In this document: positions 21,151 through 30,810 of the stretch, one piece after another | Layout: the number at the start of each line of letters is the position of its first letter | Position numbering within the stretch: the stretch's first letter is position 1 | Source: Spirochaetia bacterium | Lineage (GTDB): Bacteria > Spirochaetota > Spirochaetia > SZUA-6 > Bin103 | Direction of reading: 5' to 3' | Length of the DNA: 64,000 bases | Assembly: GCA_965243545.1 (NCBI GenBank) | Contig: OZ251573.1 | Span: 2,539 to 66,538 of the forward strand | Notes under the pieces: generated by a model | The model's database searches: none | Told to the model about the DNA's origin: nothing | What the model saw: only the letters and a program-made list of their open reading frames with translations | Translations under genes and position numbers: made by a program

Positions 21151-22812
21151 TCAGCCCGCCCGCCGCATGGCCGTCGGGACGTCCATGCCCGCACGGAGAT
21201 CGCCGCGGCGCAGGTCAGCCGCCGCCAGCGCGCACGCGCGGGCGGTCAGCGCCATGATCGTCAGCGTCGGGCTCTGCCAGCCGCAGGTCGGCCAACAGGC
21301 GCCGTCGGTGACCAGCACGTTCGGCATGCCCCATAGGCGGTTGCGCGCGTCGACCACCGACGCGCGCGGATCGCCGCCCATCCGCGCGCCGCCCACCTCG
21401 TGCACGAACGCCCCCGGCGGCGGCGCCAACCAGAACCGCTCCAGCCGCGCCGGCAAGCCGAGCAGACCCGGCAGGCCGGCCAGCGCGCCGTATCTCCTCA
21501 CCGTGCGCCCGCCGCCGGCGCGCAGCATCTCCGCGACCGCCGCGCCCATGGCGTGATGCATGGCCCGGTCGTTGTCGCCCCACGCGCAGCCGATGCGTAC
21601 GCGGGACAGGCCGTCGCCGCCGCGTTCATCGTCGAGTTCAACCCGGTTGCCGCGCCGCGCCAGCATCTCCCCCTGCGCGATCACCAGGCCGAGCGCCGGC
21701 CGGCCGCGGCGGCCGGCAAAGCCGCGGCGCTGAATCACGCCCCACAGGCCAAAGCCGCGCAGATACGGTTCGGCGCCGGCCGCGGCCAGGTTCTGAAAGC
21801 GCGGTACCAGGAACGAGTCGGCGCCCGTGAACGGCGCCGGCCGGTCGTACGGGCCGCCGTCCATCTCGATCATCGTTCCCAGGATCACGTGGTCCATCAG
21901 GTAGCGGCCCAGGCAGTCCGACTCGCTCACCGGCAGCTCGGGATGCTCCCGCCGGGTAGTGAGCAGCATGCGCACCGTCTCGATCGTGGAGGCGCACAGC
22001 ACGATCAGACCGGCCCGCGCCGCGTGCTCCTTCCCCGTGGCGGCATCCAGGTACAGGACCCCGCCGGCGCCGCCCGCCCGGCCGCCGGGGAGCACGTGGC
22101 TCACCGTAGCGCCGGTGCGGACGCGCAGACGCCCGGTCGCCTGCGCCGCCCGGATGCTGGTGCCCACGCTGGTCAACCCCGGTTCGCGGCCGCCGTGACG
22201 GTCCAGGGCCAACCCGCGCGACGGGATCAGACGCCGGTCCGGCCAGACCGCCGCCACCCCGTCGCGCAACCGGCGCTCCGTCCGCGTCAACGGCCGCGCC
22301 CCCACGAACCGCCCGTCCGGCAGCTGCGGCAAGCCCTCCCGCGTGCCGTGGATGCGCAGAAAGCGCTCGATCCGGTCGTAATGCGGCGCCAGATCGCGGT
22401 AGCGGAGCGGCCACGACGGCCCGTAGCCGTCCCGCTCGGCCGCCGCCAGCTCATAGTCGGACAGGCGTAGCGTCACCCCGCCCCACAGCAGCGTGCGCCC
22501 GCCGAGCTGCCGGCCGCGGATCCAGACGAACGGCCGGTCCGGCGGCGTGGAGTATTCCTGCCCCGCGTCGGTTACGAACAGGTTGGGGTCCTCGGCCCAG
22601 TACACGGGGTGCAGCTCCTGGACCGGCTGCGCGCCGCGGGCGTGGCGCCACAGCCGCGTCGCCCACGCCCGGCCGGCGCCGGCCGGGCTGCGCGCCGGCC
22701 CCGCTTCCAGGAGCAGCACGCGCAACCCCGCTTCGGTCAGCTCCTTGGCCGCCCAGCCGCCGGCCGCGCCGGAGCCGACCACGATGGCGTCGGCGTCGTT
22801 CACGCGGCTCAC
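21151..22812 (-). CDS. GMC family FAD oxidoreductase
   Basis: VVGSGAAGG, GGRTLLW, GRYLMDH, HEVGGARMG, PTLTIMAL. Confidence 0.9.
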   Translation of the reverse strand: MSRVNDADAIVVGSGAAGGWAAKELTEAGLRVLLLEAGPARSPAGAGRAWATRLWRHARGAQPVQELHPVYWAEDPNLFVTDAGQEYSTPPDRPFVWIRGRQLGGRTLLWGGVTLRLSDYELAAAERDGYGPSWPLRYRDLAPHYDRIERFLRIHGTREGLPQLPDGRFVGARPLTRTERRLRDGVAAVWPDRRLIPSRGLALDRHGGREPGLTSVGTSIRAAQATGRLRVRTGATVSHVLPGGRAGGAGGVLYLDAATGKEHAARAGLIVLCASTIETVRMLLTTRREHPELPVSESDCLGRYLMDHVILGTMIEMDGGPYDRPAPFTGADSFLVPRFQNLAAAGAEPYLRGFGLWGVIQRRGFAGRRGRPALGLVIAQGEMLARRGNRVELDDERGGDGLSRVRIGCAWGDNDRAMHHAMGAAVAEMLRAGGGRTVRRYGALAGLPGLLGLPARLERFWLAPPPGAFVHEVGGARMGGDPRASVVDARNRLWGMPNVLVTDGACWPTCGWQSPTLTIMALTARACALAAADLRRGDLRAGMDVPTAMRRAG

Positions 22813-22841
22813 GGAGCCGTTCTCGAACCGGCGGCCGGCGC
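22695..22841. repeat. About 147-bp direct repeat, copy 2
   Basis: Matches 19929-20075; covers GMC start plus an AKR-tail-like 30 bp. Confidence 0.9.
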
Positions 22842-22848
22842 CGGCCGG

Positions 22849-25158
22849 TCAGGCAGAAGCCGCCGCCGGTGCGCCGGCGTCCGAGCCGCCGGCGTCCGAG
22901 CCGCCGAGCACACGGGCGGGGGTGAGCGGCGCTGACGTGACGCGCCGGCCGCTGCCGTGCCGGACCGCGTTGGCGATCGCCGCGGCGGTGGCGATGATCG
23001 GCGGTTCGCCCACGCCGCGCGCGCCGTGCGGGGCGAAGGCGGCCGGCCGCTCCACCAGCACCGTCTCGATCGGCGGCACGTCCTTGGCGGACGGCACCGC
23101 GTAGTCCATCAGCGTGCCGGTGAGCAGCTGGCCGTCGTCGTCGTAGACCAGGCGCTCACAGAGCGCCCATCCCGCTCCCTGCGCGGCGCCGCCCATCATC
23201 TGCCCGGCGACCGTCAGCGGATTGATCGCGCGGCCGACGTCCTGCGCCACTACGATGCCGTGCACGGTCACGCGGCCGGTCTCCTCGTCGACGCTCACCT
23301 CGGCCAGCTGTCCGCAGAAGGCCGGCGCGCGCCCGCCCGGGGCGCTGCGGCCGTGGCCGGCTACGGGGCCGTGCAGGGCGCGCATGGCTGCCAGCTCGCC
23401 GATCGGCACGGCCGACTCCGGCACGCCCTTGACGCGCACCGCGCCGTCCGCGACCTCCAGGTCGGCGGCGTCCGCCTCCAGATGGGCGGCGGCCACGCGC
23501 AGGAGCTGCTCCTTGGCGTCGCGGGCGGCGGCGATCACCGCCGGCCCCACGCTCCTGAGCGTCTTGCTGCCGCCGGCGTTGGAGAGGTGGAAGGGGCCGT
23601 CGACCTGGCCCTGCCACCGCACGCGCACGGCGTCCGGGCTGACGCCGATCTCGTCGGCCGCCAGCAGCACCACGCTGGTGCTGACGCCGGTCAGGTCGAC
23701 GGCGTTCACGTGCACGGTGACGCCGCCGTCCTCCTCGACGGTGCAGCCGGCGTTGCTGGCGTCGACGCCGCCGAACCAGGCGCCGAGCGCCGCGCCGACG
23801 CCGCGGCCCTGAGCGGCGAGCCGTCCGCGCCGCCGCCACAGCGGATGCGCGCGCATCCGCTCCAGCACCTCCCGCATGCCGATGTCCGGCCATTCGCCGC
23901 CGTCCGCCAGCGGGTCGCCGGCGCGGGAGACGTTGCGCAGACGGAGCTCCAGCGGATCGATTTGCAGGGCGATCGCCAGCTCGTCCATGGCGCTCTCCAG
24001 CGCGAACGCCTGTTGCGTCATGCCGGGCGCGCGGTACGCGCCGATCGACGGCTTGTGCGTCATAACCGTGCGGCCGCGCACGTCGATGTTGGGCGCCTGA
24101 TAGATGCTGCCGCACATCTGCACGCCGATGCCGGTCGGCGAGTTCGGGAAGCAGCCGCCGTCGTAGGTGAGGTCGGCCGTGATCGCCGTGAGCGAGCCGT
24201 CGGCGCCGGCGCCGAGCCGGATGCGGATACGGCCGCCGGCCGCCGGCTGCGCGGCGAGCAGTTCCTCGCGCCGGGTCAGGATGAGCTGCACCGGCGCGTC
24301 GACCGCGCGCGCGGCCGCTGCCGCCAGCGGCTCGTAGAGGATGAACTTGCCGCCGAAGCCGCCGCCGACCTGCATGACCTTGGCGTCGACCTCGGCCGCC
24401 GGCACGCCGAGCAGCGCCGCGGATTCCTTCTGCACGTAGGTCGGCGCCTGCGACGCGCTGCGGACGACGGCGCCGCGCGCGCCGTCCGGCGCGGCGATGG
24501 TGGCGTGCGGCTCCAGGTAGCTCTGGTGCACGCGGTCGATCTCGAACGCGAGATCGACGGTCCGGTGCGCGGCGCGAAGGGCGGCGTCCGCATCGCCGCG
24601 TTGGAAGCCGACCGGGTTGACGACGTTGGAAGGGGCCGCCGGTCCGGCGGCGGCGCCGCCGACGTCCGCGCCGTGGTCGGCCGCCTCCAGGTCCTCGCCC
24701 GGCACGCCCTCCGGCCACACCAGCGGGGCGCCGGGCCGGGCGGCGTCGTCGATGGTGGTGACCGCCGGCAGCGGTTCGTAGTCGACCGTGACCTGATCGA
24801 CGCCGTCTTCGGCCGCCGCCTCGGAGACGGCGACCACCAGCGCGACCGGATGGCCCACGAACAGCACGCGCTCCCGCGCCAGCAGCAACCGCACGCGGTT
24901 GGTCGGCGTCACCGCCGGCAGGTCCGCGGCGGTCAGCACGCGCACCACGCCCGGTACCGCGCACGCGGCGCCGGCATCGATCGACCGCACGCGCGCGTGC
25001 GCGTACGGGCTCACCACCAAGCGCATGGCCAGCGTGCGCGGCTCGACGTAGTCGGCGGTAAAGCGGAGGCTCCCGCGCACCCGCGCCTCCCCGTCGATGA
25101 GCGGCGTCGGCGCGCCGACGCCCGCCCGCGCCGGCCGCCCGGCCGTTTGCGTGTTCAT
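22849..25158 (-). CDS. Xanthine dehydrogenase family molybdopterin-binding subunit
   Basis: SPYAHAR, HQSYLEPH, GGGFGGK, GAYRAPG, DVGRAINP, GVGEPP. Confidence 0.92.
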   Translation of the reverse strand: MNTQTAGRPARAGVGAPTPLIDGEARVRGSLRFTADYVEPRTLAMRLVVSPYAHARVRSIDAGAACAVPGVVRVLTAADLPAVTPTNRVRLLLARERVLFVGHPVALVVAVSEAAAEDGVDQVTVDYEPLPAVTTIDDAARPGAPLVWPEGVPGEDLEAADHGADVGGAAAGPAAPSNVVNPVGFQRGDADAALRAAHRTVDLAFEIDRVHQSYLEPHATIAAPDGARGAVVRSASQAPTYVQKESAALLGVPAAEVDAKVMQVGGGFGGKFILYEPLAAAAARAVDAPVQLILTRREELLAAQPAAGGRIRIRLGAGADGSLTAITADLTYDGGCFPNSPTGIGVQMCGSIYQAPNIDVRGRTVMTHKPSIGAYRAPGMTQQAFALESAMDELAIALQIDPLELRLRNVSRAGDPLADGGEWPDIGMREVLERMRAHPLWRRRGRLAAQGRGVGAALGAWFGGVDASNAGCTVEEDGGVTVHVNAVDLTGVSTSVVLLAADEIGVSPDAVRVRWQGQVDGPFHLSNAGGSKTLRSVGPAVIAAARDAKEQLLRVAAAHLEADAADLEVADGAVRVKGVPESAVPIGELAAMRALHGPVAGHGRSAPGGRAPAFCGQLAEVSVDEETGRVTVHGIVVAQDVGRAINPLTVAGQMMGGAAQGAGWALCERLVYDDDGQLLTGTLMDYAVPSAKDVPPIETVLVERPAAFAPHGARGVGEPPIIATAAAIANAVRHGSGRRVTSAPLTPARVLGGSDAGGSDAGAPAAASA

Positions 25159-25285
25159 GCCCCCGACTCTACCATGCCGCCGCCGCGTCGGGTATCCGAA
25201 ACGCCGAACGGTGGGACGCGTCGGCGGACGCTTGTATACTACGTGAACAACCAAGCCGTGCTGCATGCGCACGAGGGAGAAGGCC

Positions 25286-25510
25286 ATGGCGGGAGATAGG
25301 AAGAGCACGGTGCAGCAAGTAACCGTCCTGCTGACGCCGGAAGAAATGGAGTTTCTCGAGACTCAGGCAGGCATCGAAGGCGTCTCGTTCAATGACGTGC
25401 TGCGGCGCTCGATCATCCTGGAGAAGTTCTTTATCGATCAGCGGAGGAGGAACCGCAAGATTTATTTTGGCGTACCGGGACGGCCGCTCCGGGAAGTAAT
25501 CCGGGAATAA
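25286..25510 (+). CDS. Small ribbon-helix-helix/CopG-like protein
   Basis: QVTVLLTPEEMEFLE..GVSFNDVLRRSI pattern; upstream SD-like GGGAG; lower GC. Confidence 0.65.
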   Translation: MAGDRKSTVQQVTVLLTPEEMEFLETQAGIEGVSFNDVLRRSIILEKFFIDQRRRNRKIYFGVPGRPLREVIRE

Positions 25511-25519
25511 AGCCGCCCC

Positions 25520-25834
25520 ATGAGCAAACGACAATCCGACCGGGCGGACGCGGACCAGCCGACCGAGCAACCGCGGGAACGGAAGATACCTGACGTTCCG
25601 ATCCCTCGGGGTGGACCGATATACGATCCGCGGCCGTTTGAAGACCAAGCGCGTCGCAGAATCGCCTACATTCTCATTGCATTGCTGGCGATCGTGGTTC
25701 TCGCACTGCTGGCGATGGTGGTATTTGAGGTCATCGCCGTCGACGAAATCAAGGAATTCAGCGTGATCCTCGGCCCACTCGTCGCGCTCGTGTCGGCCGC
25801 CACAGGATTCTACTACGGTACCAAAGGCAAGTGA
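25520..25834 (+). CDS. Small 2-TM membrane protein of unknown function
   Basis: Two hydrophobic helices, C-terminal SAATGFYYG; 9 nt downstream of the RHH gene. Confidence 0.7.
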   Translation: MSKRQSDRADADQPTEQPRERKIPDVPIPRGGPIYDPRPFEDQARRRIAYILIALLAIVVLALLAMVVFEVIAVDEIKEFSVILGPLVALVSAATGFYYGTKGK

Positions 25835-25880
25835 TACCGCGGCCCGGTGAGCCGGCCGTTCCGCTGCTGACCGAGCTCTG

Positions 25881-25910
25881 TTGACAGCGCCGGGAGCAGG
25901 CTTCCATGAT
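25881..25910 (+). promoter_or_regulatory. Sigma70-like promoter for gap (probably leaderless)
   Basis: TTGACA-N18-CATGAT, 5-8 nt before GTG/ATG. Confidence 0.55.
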
Positions 25911-25915
25911 GCGGC

Positions 25916-26950
25916 GTGATGAGCAGGCTGCGGGTCGGGTTCAACGGCATGGGGCGCATCGGCAAGAACGTGATGCGCGTGATCCTGGGGCGGTTGCCGG
26001 AGCGGTTCGAGATCGCCGCCGGCAACGATCTGGTGGCGGTCGACGACATAGCCGCCAGTCTGCCGCGCGACTCCGTGTACGGCCGCTTTCCGGCGCCGGT
26101 CGAACGGGGCGCCGGCAACGTCATACGCATCGGCGATCACCGCGTGGCCATCTACGGCGAACGGGACGCGGCGGCGGTGCCGTGGGGCGACCACGGCGTC
26201 GACGTGGTGTTCGAGTGCACGGGGTTCTATCTCAGCCAGGAGCGGAGCGCCGCCCACCTGCGCGCCGGCGCGCGGCGGGTCGTGGTGTCGGCCCCGTGCG
26301 ATGACGACACGCCGACCGTGGTGGTCGGCGTCAACCACCGGTCGCTCACCGGCGCGGAGACCATCGTCTCCAACGCCAGCTGCACCACCAACTGCCTGGC
26401 GCCGCTGGCGGCGGTGATCGACCGCTCCTTTCCGATCACCGCCGGGCTGATGAGCACCACGCACGCGGCGACGGCGACCCAGAAGGTCGTCGACGCGTTC
26501 GGCGGCAGCAAGAACCGGGCGACGCTCAACAACATCATCCCCGCCTCCACCGGCGCGGCCAAGGCGGTCGGCAAGGTGCTGCCGCACCTGGACGGCAAGC
26601 TGAACGGCACCGCCCTGCGCGTGCCGACCGACACCGGCAGCGTGGTGGAGGGCGTGTTCCTGATCGAGGGACGGCATGACGCCGGCGAGGTGTTGGAGGC
26701 GATGCATGCCAACGTCACGGCCATGAACGCATCAACCATCCTGGGTCAGATCGCCTATCTGGGCGGCTACTACGAGTGTTCGCGCGACTGCGTGGGCGAG
26801 CCGTATTCATCGATGATACGCGACGATCTGCTGGCGGCGCCGGCCGGTGACGGCACGCTGCTGAAGGCGACCAGCTTCTACGACAACGAGGTCGGATTCT
26901 CTCACCGGATGGCGGAACTGGCGCTGGTGCTGGCCGAAAGCGCCACGTAA
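25916..26950 (+). CDS. gap: Type I glyceraldehyde-3-phosphate dehydrogenase (divergent)
   Basis: NGMGRIG, NASCTTNCL, IIPASTGAAK, YDNE. Confidence 0.92.
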   Translation: MMSRLRVGFNGMGRIGKNVMRVILGRLPERFEIAAGNDLVAVDDIAASLPRDSVYGRFPAPVERGAGNVIRIGDHRVAIYGERDAAAVPWGDHGVDVVFECTGFYLSQERSAAHLRAGARRVVVSAPCDDDTPTVVVGVNHRSLTGAETIVSNASCTTNCLAPLAAVIDRSFPITAGLMSTTHAATATQKVVDAFGGSKNRATLNNIIPASTGAAKAVGKVLPHLDGKLNGTALRVPTDTGSVVEGVFLIEGRHDAGEVLEAMHANVTAMNASTILGQIAYLGGYYECSRDCVGEPYSSMIRDDLLAAPAGDGTLLKATSFYDNEVGFSHRMAELALVLAESAT

Positions 26951-26962
26951 ATCACGCTCCGG

Positions 26963-26986
26963 CCGCCGGCCGTCTGGCCGGCGGCT
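26963..26986. terminator. GC-rich hairpin between convergent gap and purH-like genes
   Basis: gccgccggcc-gtct-ggccggcggc; no U-tract. Confidence 0.45.
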
Positions 26987-28164
26987 CAGTGGTGGAAGAG
27001 GCGCACACCGGTCTTGACCATGGATATGCCGTGTTCCCGGCACGCCGCCTCCACCGCGGCGTCGAAGGACGAGCCGCCCGGCTGGGCGAGGTAGCGCACG
27101 CCGAACCCGGCGGCCGCGTCGACGTTGTCGCGGTGCGGCAGGAACCCGTCGGAACACATGCCGAGCGCCGGACAGCCGGCGATCCAGCGCCGCTCCTCGG
27201 CGGCGGCGATCGGCTCCGGCAGTGCCTGCAGGTGGGCCGCCAACGCGCGGTCGGCGGCGCCGCGCAGGCCCCGGTCGACGTAACCGGCGATGGCCGTATC
27301 CCGGTCGGCGCGGCGCACGCCGCGCCGGAAGCGCAACGCCCGCGCCTGCGGGTGCTGGCGCAGCAGCCAGGTGCGCGCTTTGGCGATGGCGAGCCGCGTA
27401 CATGCTATGCGCGACTGCTGCCCGGCGGCGACGCCGATCGTCTGCCCCCGCGCGCACAGACAGACCGCGTTGGATTGCGTGTACTTGAGCGCGATCAGGC
27501 CGACGGCAAGGTCGCGCGCCGCCGCCGGCGGCAGACCGGCCGCGGCCAGCGCCTCCGCGTCGAACGCGCAGTCATTGCGCGCCTGCTCCAGCGTGACGCC
27601 GAACACCGTGCGGCGCTCCACCGGCGGCGGCCGATAGCCGGCGTCGATCTCCAGCACGTGATAGCCGCCGCCCTTCTTGGCCGCCAGCAGCTTGAGCGCG
27701 GCCGGCGCGTAGCCGGGGGCTATGACGCCGTCGGAGACCTCCGGCCGGATCAGGCGCGCCGCCGTCTCATCGACCGGATCGCTCAGCGCGATCCAGTCCC
27801 CGTAGGAGCTGACGCGGTCGGCGCCGCGGGCGCGCGCGTAGGCGGTCGCCACCGGGCTCAGCTCGCGCGGCGCGAAGCAGGCGGCGCGCTCGGCGTCCGA
27901 CAGCGGCGCCGCCACCGCGGCGCCGGCCGGGCTGACGTGCTTGAAGGAGGCGGCGGCGGCCAAGCCGGTGGCGGCGCGCAACTCGCTGACCAGCTGCCAG
28001 GCGTTGAGCGCGTCGAGCAGGTTGACGTAGCCGGGCGCCCCGTTGCGCACCACGAACGGGAGCGGCCCGCCGTCGCAGTAGGCGCGCGCCGGCGTCTGAT
28101 GCGGATTGGCGCCATAGCGGAGAGCCAGACCCTCAGCGCCGCCCAAACGCTCAGCCACGCCCAA
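26986..28164 (-). CDS. purH: Stand-alone AICAR transformylase (PurH C-terminal domain only)
   Basis: [43 protein letters not shown]; no N-terminal IMP cyclohydrolase domain. Confidence 0.88.
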   Translation of the reverse strand: MGVAERLGGAEGLALRYGANPHQTPARAYCDGGPLPFVVRNGAPGYVNLLDALNAWQLVSELRAATGLAAAASFKHVSPAGAAVAAPLSDAERAACFAPRELSPVATAYARARGADRVSSYGDWIALSDPVDETAARLIRPEVSDGVIAPGYAPAALKLLAAKKGGGYHVLEIDAGYRPPPVERRTVFGVTLEQARNDCAFDAEALAAAGLPPAAARDLAVGLIALKYTQSNAVCLCARGQTIGVAAGQQSRIACTRLAIAKARTWLLRQHPQARALRFRRGVRRADRDTAIAGYVDRGLRGAADRALAAHLQALPEPIAAAEERRWIAGCPALGMCSDGFLPHRDNVDAAAGFGVRYLAQPGGSSFDAAVEAACREHGISMVKTGVRLFHH

Positions 28165-28167
28165 ATC

Positions 28168-29340
28168 TCAGCCGCGAACGGCCCCGGCGCCGGCCGGCCG
28201 CAGCTCGCGCCGCGGCGCCGACTGCCGCGGCAGCAGCAGGCCGAGCACCGCCGCGGCCAGCGGCAACAGCGCCATGACGCGCATGACCGCGGTCACGCCG
28301 GCCGCGTCGGCGATCAGTCCGAACAGCGGCATGGTGAGGCCCGCCACGCCCCAGCTGAAGCCGCCCGGCAGGCTGGAGACGAAGCCGGCGTTGGCCGGCG
28401 CGTGTTGCTGCGCCATCGCCACCAGGATCGAGTTGGTGGCGAAGACCATGGCGCCGCCGCCGGCCAGCAGCGCCAGCGCGGCCAGGCCGTCCGCCGACAG
28501 CGCCAGCAGCATGAACGGCGCCGACAGCGCCAGCGACCCCAGCACCAGCGGCTTGGGTTCCCGCCGGTCGGCCAGATAGCCCAGGACCAGGCTGCCGACC
28601 ACCCCGGACAGGTTGTAGACGCTGAGCGCCACCCCCCAGGCGAGCGGCGACATGCCCCGCTCCTGGCCGAGCAGCGGCAGAAAGAACGCAAACCCGAACC
28701 CGCCGATGGAGCGCACGATCACCACCGCCACGATCGCCCCGACCGGCGCGATCGCGCGGCGGAATTCCGCCACCCGCTCCGGCAGCGCGGAACGGGGCGC
28801 CGTGCGCGCGGGCACCGCGGCGATCACGAACGGCAGTATCAGCAGTCCCGGTATCGTCGCCAGCGGCAGCCACGCCATCCCCAACCCGGTCACCAGCGCC
28901 GGCACCCACAGCGGCGTGAACCCCAGCGCCAGCGTGCCGCCAAAGATGAACAGGGCCAGCCCGAACGCGCGCCGCTCGCCGCTCAGGTCGCCGGCCAGCG
29001 CGAAGCCGCTGGGATGAAAGGCGGCGACGCCGAGTCCGCCCAGCATCACGCCCGGCACCAGCCAGCCGAAGCTGGGGGCCACGCCGACCAGCGGCGCGAA
29101 CACCGCAGCCAGGGCGATGCCGACGAAGATCAGCCAGCGGCCGCGCAGGTAGTCGCCCAGGATGCCGAGCAGCGGCTGCCCCAGGTTGCTGAGCTGCACG
29201 AATGAGCCGAGCAGCCCGATCTGGGCAAAGGTGAGCCCCAGCCGCTCGCGCACGAACGGCAGCGCCGGCGTCAGCATGGCCGCGTAGGAATCGACGCAGA
29301 AGTGGCCGAGGGTGAACACGAACAGCCGCAGGCGCTGCAT
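28168..29340 (-). CDS. MFS transporter (Fsr-like)
   Basis: GHFCVDSY, GQPLLG, AFHPSG, GYLADR. Confidence 0.85.
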   Translation of the reverse strand: MQRLRLFVFTLGHFCVDSYAAMLTPALPFVRERLGLTFAQIGLLGSFVQLSNLGQPLLGILGDYLRGRWLIFVGIALAAVFAPLVGVAPSFGWLVPGVMLGGLGVAAFHPSGFALAGDLSGERRAFGLALFIFGGTLALGFTPLWVPALVTGLGMAWLPLATIPGLLILPFVIAAVPARTAPRSALPERVAEFRRAIAPVGAIVAVVIVRSIGGFGFAFFLPLLGQERGMSPLAWGVALSVYNLSGVVGSLVLGYLADRREPKPLVLGSLALSAPFMLLALSADGLAALALLAGGGAMVFATNSILVAMAQQHAPANAGFVSSLPGGFSWGVAGLTMPLFGLIADAAGVTAVMRVMALLPLAAAVLGLLLPRQSAPRRELRPAGAGAVRG

Positions 29341-29355
29341 CCGGGGCGCCTCCGG

Positions 29356-30384
29356 CTACGGCGTGGGCGCGGCGGGGTCGATCAACTCGCGCTGGCCGAT
29401 CTCCCGCCAGAAGGCGGCCGGGACCGGCGCTGCGGCGTGGCCCAGATCGGCAGCCACCTCACTCGCGTCGCGCGCGCCGACGACCGCCGCCGCGGCGGCC
29501 GGATGGGCCAGCGGGAACTGCAGCGCGGCGGCCGCCAGCGCCACCTCGTGGCGGGCGCAGACCGCCTCCAGCCCGCGCGCCCGCTCCTTCACCTCCGCGG
29601 ACGCCGGCGAGTAGTTGAAGGTCGCGTCATTGCCCGGACCGGCCGCCAGGATGCCGGAGTTGAACACGGAGGCCATGATCACGGAGATGCCGCGCTCGGC
29701 GCAGGCGGGCAGCAGCTGCGGGAGCGCGGTCTGATCGAGCAGCGTGTAGCGGCCGGCCAGCATGAAGCAGTCGAACTGCGCCTCGCGCGCGAAGGCCAGC
29801 AGCATCTGCCACTGGTTCATGCCCAAGCCGATCGCCCCCACCGCGCCCTGCGCGCGCAGGTCGTGCAGCGCCGGATAGGCGCCCTCCATCACCTCGCGGA
29901 AGTGGTTGCCGGTGGCGGCGCCGGGATCGCCCTCCGGGTCGTCCGGCCCATAATCCGGGTCATGGATCAGGGCGATGTCGATGCGGTCGGTGCGGAGCCG
30001 GGCGCAGCTCTCCTCCAGCGAGCGCAGCACGGCGTCGCGGGAGAAGTCGCAGGCGACCTGCACGCGGCTGCGGCCGGAGCGGGGCGGCTGCGCCGGGTCG
30101 AGCAGGAAGCCGACCTTGGTGGAGATGGTGAAGTCGCCGCGCGGCAGGCCGTGCAGCGCATCGCCCAGCCGCTGCTCGGACAGCCCCGCGCCGTACCGGG
30201 GGGCTGTGTCGAAGTAGCGCACGCCGGCGTCGTAGGCGGCGGCGATCGCCCCGCGCGCGGCCTTGTCGCCGTTCCTGGTGCGCGGACCGGCCAGCGGCGC
30301 TCCGCCCAGACCTATCCGGGTGACGGTGACGCCGGTCCCGCCGATGCCGGTCCCGCCGATGCCGGTCCGCTCGGTCGCAAGCAC
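29356..30384 (-). CDS. Aldo/keto reductase (D-threo-aldose 1-dehydrogenase-like)
   Basis: YFDTAPRYGAGLSE, ISTKVG, LIHDPD, AGRYTLLDQ; GTG 30384 behind TATCCT. Confidence 0.88.
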   Translation of the reverse strand: MLATERTGIGGTGIGGTGVTVTRIGLGGAPLAGPRTRNGDKAARGAIAAAYDAGVRYFDTAPRYGAGLSEQRLGDALHGLPRGDFTISTKVGFLLDPAQPPRSGRSRVQVACDFSRDAVLRSLEESCARLRTDRIDIALIHDPDYGPDDPEGDPGAATGNHFREVMEGAYPALHDLRAQGAVGAIGLGMNQWQMLLAFAREAQFDCFMLAGRYTLLDQTALPQLLPACAERGISVIMASVFNSGILAAGPGNDATFNYSPASAEVKERARGLEAVCARHEVALAAAALQFPLAHPAAAAAVVGARDASEVAADLGHAAAPVPAAFWREIGQRELIDPAAPTP

Positions 30385-30479
30385 GTCAGCAGGATAGCAC
30401 AGCGCGGCGCTTCGCGTAGCGCCGCCCGGCTCCCGGCCGGCAGCGCTGACCGACCGCGACGGCGACCAGTCGGCCGCCG

Positions 30480-30731
30480 CGGCGCCGAAGACCGCCCCAC
30501 GTGCACAGCACCCAGCCGGCGTTGCGGCGGGTGCAGCCGTGCATCGCGACGAACTCGTCGAGCAGGGCGGCTTTCCGACGCGCCGGTACGTTCGACGGTC
30601 TGTGCGGTGATCGCCTTGCGTTGACGCACGGCAAGCTCCATCTCCTTCGCCTCCGCCGCCGATGATGGCCAGGTCGTTCGTGTGGATGTTTCGATGACGC
30701 ACTGCGTTCGTGTGGATTGATGATGCAATGC
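30480..30731 (-). mobile_element. Degenerate left end and 5' fragment of an ISNCY-like (integrase-core) transposase
   Basis: MELAVRQRKAITAQTVER, frameshift, RKAALLDEFVAMHGCTRRNAGWVL; paired cgttcgtgtggat..gatga(c/t)gca repeats at 30674-30731. Confidence 0.6.
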
Positions 30732-30737
30732 GCGCGG

Positions 30738-30766
30738 TTGACACTGCCGGGACCGTCGTTTACCGT
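30738..30766 (+). promoter_or_regulatory. Sigma70-like promoter for the PEGA lipoprotein gene
   Basis: TTGACA-N17-TACCGT; SD AAGGAG at about 30799. Confidence 0.55.
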
Positions 30767-30810
30767 GACAACACCGTCGGCAGGAATCTGCTGGCGTAAA
30801 GGAGAACCAA

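Noticed and set aside
29356-30744. 462-aa AKR with a long N-terminal extension
   Set aside because: The extension crosses an IS remnant; the likely start is GTG 30384 behind a -10 box.
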